Origin: a bacterium
GTDB taxonomy: Bacteria > Hinthialibacterota > Hinthialibacteria > Hinthialibacterales > Hinthialibacteraceae
DNA length: 42,669 nucleotides
NCBI GenBank assembly: GCA_963663405.2
Contig: CAXXSM010000165.1
Span: 1 to 42,669, forward strand
Direction: 5' to 3'
Shown: piece after piece, positions 39,001-42,669 of the stretch
Numbering within the stretch: position 1 is the first letter of the stretch
Layout: each line of letters starts with the position of its first letter
Program-made: the position numbers and the translations under genes
Notes under the pieces: generated by a model
Seen by the model: the letters and a program-made list of their open reading frames with translations, nothing else
Databases searched by the model: none
What the model was told of the DNA's origin: nothing

Positions 39001-42000
39001 CACGGGATGGAACAATGGCTTTGACCGGCGGGGAGGACGGCCGGGCGATTTTGTGGGAGGCTTCAACAGGGCAGATTCTGTATACATTTAATGGGCATCT
39101 TGGAGCGGTAAACGCCGTCACTTTCTCCGCAGATGGAAGCCGGGCTTTGACGGGAAGCAGTGATGGGACCGCAATACTTTGGAATACGCAGGACGGACGG
39201 GAGCTGCTTTCATTGGAAGGGCATACCGGCGCTGTTAACGCTGTCGCGATTTCTCCGAATGGAAAATGGGCGCTGACGGCGAGCGGCCAAACGGCGGTGT
39301 TGTGGAACATCGAAACGGGAACCTTCAACCAATCTTTTTTAGGGCATCTCGATACAGTCAATTCCATTGTTTTTTCACCGAATGGTGAACGGTTTCTCTG
39401 TGGCGGTAATGATGGAACGGCGCGATCTTGGATATCGCTGAGATTGTCAAAGCCACACCCACACCGACACTCACTCCAACGTTTACCCATACACCGACCG
39501 CCACCGTCACACCGACAGTGACGAATACCCGCACACCGACAAATACTCCTATACCGACGCAAACCCCCGTTCTCTTTTTCATTGAAGATGACACAGTCGT
39601 TGTCACGGATGATTTACATACCACAGAAAATCTGGTTGGGGGATATGATCGGGATCATATAGTCGACTCGATCCTGGCGATCCGTTGGAAATTCGCGGAG
39701 ACGGAAGTAACCGAATATCACATCTATGCGAGTGTCAATGATAGTACGCCAGAATATATTGCGCGGGTGGGCTCAAAAAGATATTCAATATTATGCCTGG
39801 AGGAACCCAGAATTTGGGAATCATTATTTATTTTCTGTTTTCGCGCTGCGGGAAGGAGCGTATCCGATACGTATTGAAGCGGAAGCGCCGGTGCTTTATT
39901 TAAGTGTGGATGACAGCCTGCCCACACCGACAGCGACAGCGACAGCCACACCGACAGCCACCTTTACACCGTCTCCGTCACCGACTGGCACTCCTGTCGT
40001 GTTTGAGATTCCAGACAATACGATCGTGGTGACGGATGATTTGCATTCGACAGAAGATCTAGTGGGTAAATACGATCAGGATAATCCACTAGACGCGGTG
40101 TTGGCGGTCCGGTGGCCGGATCTTGGAGAAGATATCACATCCTACCATATCTATGTGAGTGTAGATGGAGATGAATCCATTTACATCGATCGAGTGAAAG
40201 ATCCTTCCCAGACCTATTTCCTATGGGATGGGCCGGAATTCAATCATTCTTACCAATTCACGGTGTATGCGTTGCGCAGCGCCACGGAGCCTATCGAGAT
40301 TAAAGCGGAAGCTCCTGTCCTATTTCTGGATGAGAATAGTGTTACCCCTACACCGACTCCTACCAATACACCCATTATTTTCGATGTGCCGGACAGGACG
40401 ATTGTGGTGACGGATGACCTCTATTCAGTGGAAAATCTGGTTGGAGGCGTTGATGATGATACGTCTTCGGATCGGGCTTTGACGATTCGATGGGGGCTCT
40501 CGGAACCGGATGTCACAGATTTTCATTTGTATGTCAATGTCAATGGCGCGGACGACATCTATCTAGGCCGTACAGGAACTGGAAGCCGTCTCTATTTTGA
40601 TTGGAGAGAAGGGGCGGCCGGGATCGATCCGGCGTTCCGGGATGGGCCACAATTCAATACTGTTTATCAATTATTGTTTTTGGGATCGTTCCAGGGAGCC
40701 AGCCTATCCGGATTGGATCGGAAGGAGATATCAAGTACATCGAGACCGGCGGTCCCACACCGACGGCTACAATGACACCGGAACCGACGAAAGATCCCTC
40801 GCATTTTGATATCCCGAACAATACCGTTTACGTGACAGACGATCTGCAATCGACGGTTAATCTTGTCGGCAGCGCGGATGAAGACACCAAGTTGAATAAA
40901 GCGCTGGCGATCCGGTGGAATACGAATGTTACTGGGATTCTAAATTTTCATTTATATGTCCAAGTCAATGGCGGGGAGCGGCAGTATTTCGCTCAAACCC
41001 GCGATCCTAACGTATTTGCGTTCGAATGGAAAAAGGACGCGGTGGGACTCGATCCCACTTTTCAGGATGGTCCACAGTTTAATTATTCATATCGATTTTG
41101 GGTGTTTGGCGTAAAGGCGGAGAAACCTAACCTCGCTTTACACGCGGCGGATTCGGTTCTTTCCTAGAAATCGGTCTGGAACAACCAACGCCCACCTTTA
41201 CACCCACACCGACGAACACACCGGTTCCCGTTGATATTCCGGATAACTATGTGTTTGTCACAGATGATCGCAGTTCGGATGAGAACTTAGTTGGTGGATT
41301 CGATCAAGACAGTCCAACAGAACGTATCTTAGCGATCCGGTGGGATGTTGAAGATGATTTCTACAAGGATTTTCACATTTACACAGAAATCAATGGCGCT
41401 AAAGAAGTATATATCGCCCGGACGCGAAGTGGAGAAGTCAACCTCTATGAATGGAGACCGGGAGCGGTTGGAATACACTCTGATTATGTGGAAGGGCCGC
41501 AATTTGGTAATGAGTATCGTTTTATTGTATATGGGCTCCGGTTGGATGGAACGATCCTGCGTGTTGCGGCCGAGAGCGGCGTTCTCTTCTTGAGTGACGG
41601 CGACATCACGCCAACGTTGACTCCGGCGGAAACGAATACACCGGCTCCAACTGCGACGGCGACTGTCACGAACACCCCTACGCCAACCTTCACGCCCGAA
41701 GCGACGTATACGGCGACTCCAACGCCAACAGCGACACGGACACCGGAACCGACAGTGACGCCGACCATCACCCCAACTCCCAATTTTCCGGTTGGAACGG
41801 TGATTGTCACCGATTCGCTTATGAAGATGGATGATCTAAGCGGGGGGAGAGGATGAAGATGACTCGGATGATCGTGTCTTGGTGATCCGGTGGAATCTGC
41901 CGTTCGAAAACGCGATTGATTATCATGTGTATGTGTATGTGGATATGGCCTCTCCTATATTACTAGGCCGAACGAGCCGTGGAGATGTGAATTACTTGGA

Positions 42001-42170
42001 ATGAAGAAAGATGAGAAAAGACTGAATGCCTTGTTCCAGGATGGTCCACATTTCGGGCATTCCTATCAATTCAAGTGTTTGCGCTGACAGCGGATGATCC
42101 ACCGTTGATTTATGGACCGGTATCAAATGGGGGTCCTGTGTATTATGTTCAGCAAGAGGAAACGCCTTGA
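36088..42170 (+). CDS. Giant secreted protein of roughly 2000 aa: metzincin-like domain, PPC-like domain, 14 WD40 repeats, six novel repeat modules with Thr-Pro linkers; split by about 10 frameshifts
   Basis: ORF fragments at 36088, 36665, 37726, 38541, 39428, 39726, 40601, 41251 and a tail ending [10 protein letters not shown] join end to end across single-base shifts. Confidence 0.75.
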
Positions 42171-42365
42171 TATAAGATGATGATTTATAGCCTAAAATAT
42201 TATTCCGCGTCTATTTAATTAAATAATAATATCTTTATGAAAAATCTATCACAGGATTTGAATTTAGGTTTTGATGTTTAGTTATTGTTAGTTTTATTCT
42301 TTTCGCCAGTATGTTAAGGCTCCTTTGCTGTTCCGTTACCTTTCTATTATTTTTTCAATTTTATA

Positions 42366-42393
42366 TTGACACATTGAAATCTCTTACTATAAT
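42366..42393 (+). promoter_or_regulatory. Consensus sigma70 promoter for a downstream gene
   Basis: TTGACA-N16-TATAAT with an AT-rich region upstream. Confidence 0.6.
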
Positions 42394-42669
42394 TCATAAA
42401 GGCTTCTCAAGAGGGTGAGGAGTCTTATTTTTTGTGTATTCTGCATGAATGATGTCTTGAAATTGGGAGAAAAAGGCTTCTTTGAGAAGATTGACACATT
42501 TGAATCTTCCTGCCTGTGTTAGTCGGATTTCCTTTTGAATGGGATAGAGTGATTGCAAGAACGTCAAAGACAGACGTTTTTTGGGCGAGAACTGTGCCCC
42601 GGCAGCAAACAGTATGGAATTGTAAAAGAAATTGACACTCGAATAGGTCAAAAACAAAGGAAAAGGAGT

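Noticed and set aside
39445-41785. ACRCCG-type short tandem repeats as non-coding repeat arrays
   Set aside because: They encode Thr-Pro linkers.
36034-41856. Eight separate genes as listed in the ORF track
   Set aside because: The fragments join in mid-repeat across frame changes, consistent with one gene.
42394-42669. Minus-strand ORF open to the window edge
   Set aside because: No recognisable motif, and it lies opposite a consensus plus-strand promoter. It cannot be resolved without flanking sequence.

Overview
Bacterial chromosomal window with no rRNA, tRNA, CRISPR array, transposase or integrase that I could recognise. The Tat-exported enzymes, pilins with a YxPSNG motif, and WD40/Thr-Pro proteins resemble uncultured diderms such as Hinthialibacterota/OLB16; this taxonomy is inference only. 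Left to right: a partial Tat-protein gene, a VOC protein, a Tat nitrilase-family hydrolase, a FecR-like/GspG-like fusion, larB, a specialised chaperone cluster (J-TPR, GrpE, divergent Hsp70, Zn-ribbon TPR coiled-coil), flavin reductase, PIN, dgt, a pilin-like membrane protein, comM, a SUFU-like gene, a prepilin, a GH29 fucosidase with a fucose-isomerase-like partner, two WD40 paralogues downstream of a DNRLRE/GH-A-like secreted protein, a lytic transglycosylase, DUF58, a heme operon (hemA-E-N-Y-H-C), and a roughly 2000-aa secreted WD40/repeat protein split by many frameshifts that are probably consensus errors. Most notable: (1) the Hsp70 module has matching changes at the J-domain/Hsp70 interface (HPD->NPE, and NEPT->DEPT with an altered linker); (2) 30-43 bp direct duplications, of promoters or a gene start in three of four cases, repeatedly flank single genes or short palindromic elements; (3) nested palindromic elements; (4) a mosaic locus with a conserved N-terminus, an AT-rich C-terminus and tandem WD40 genes; (5) GspG/pilin head domains in non-pilin architectures.
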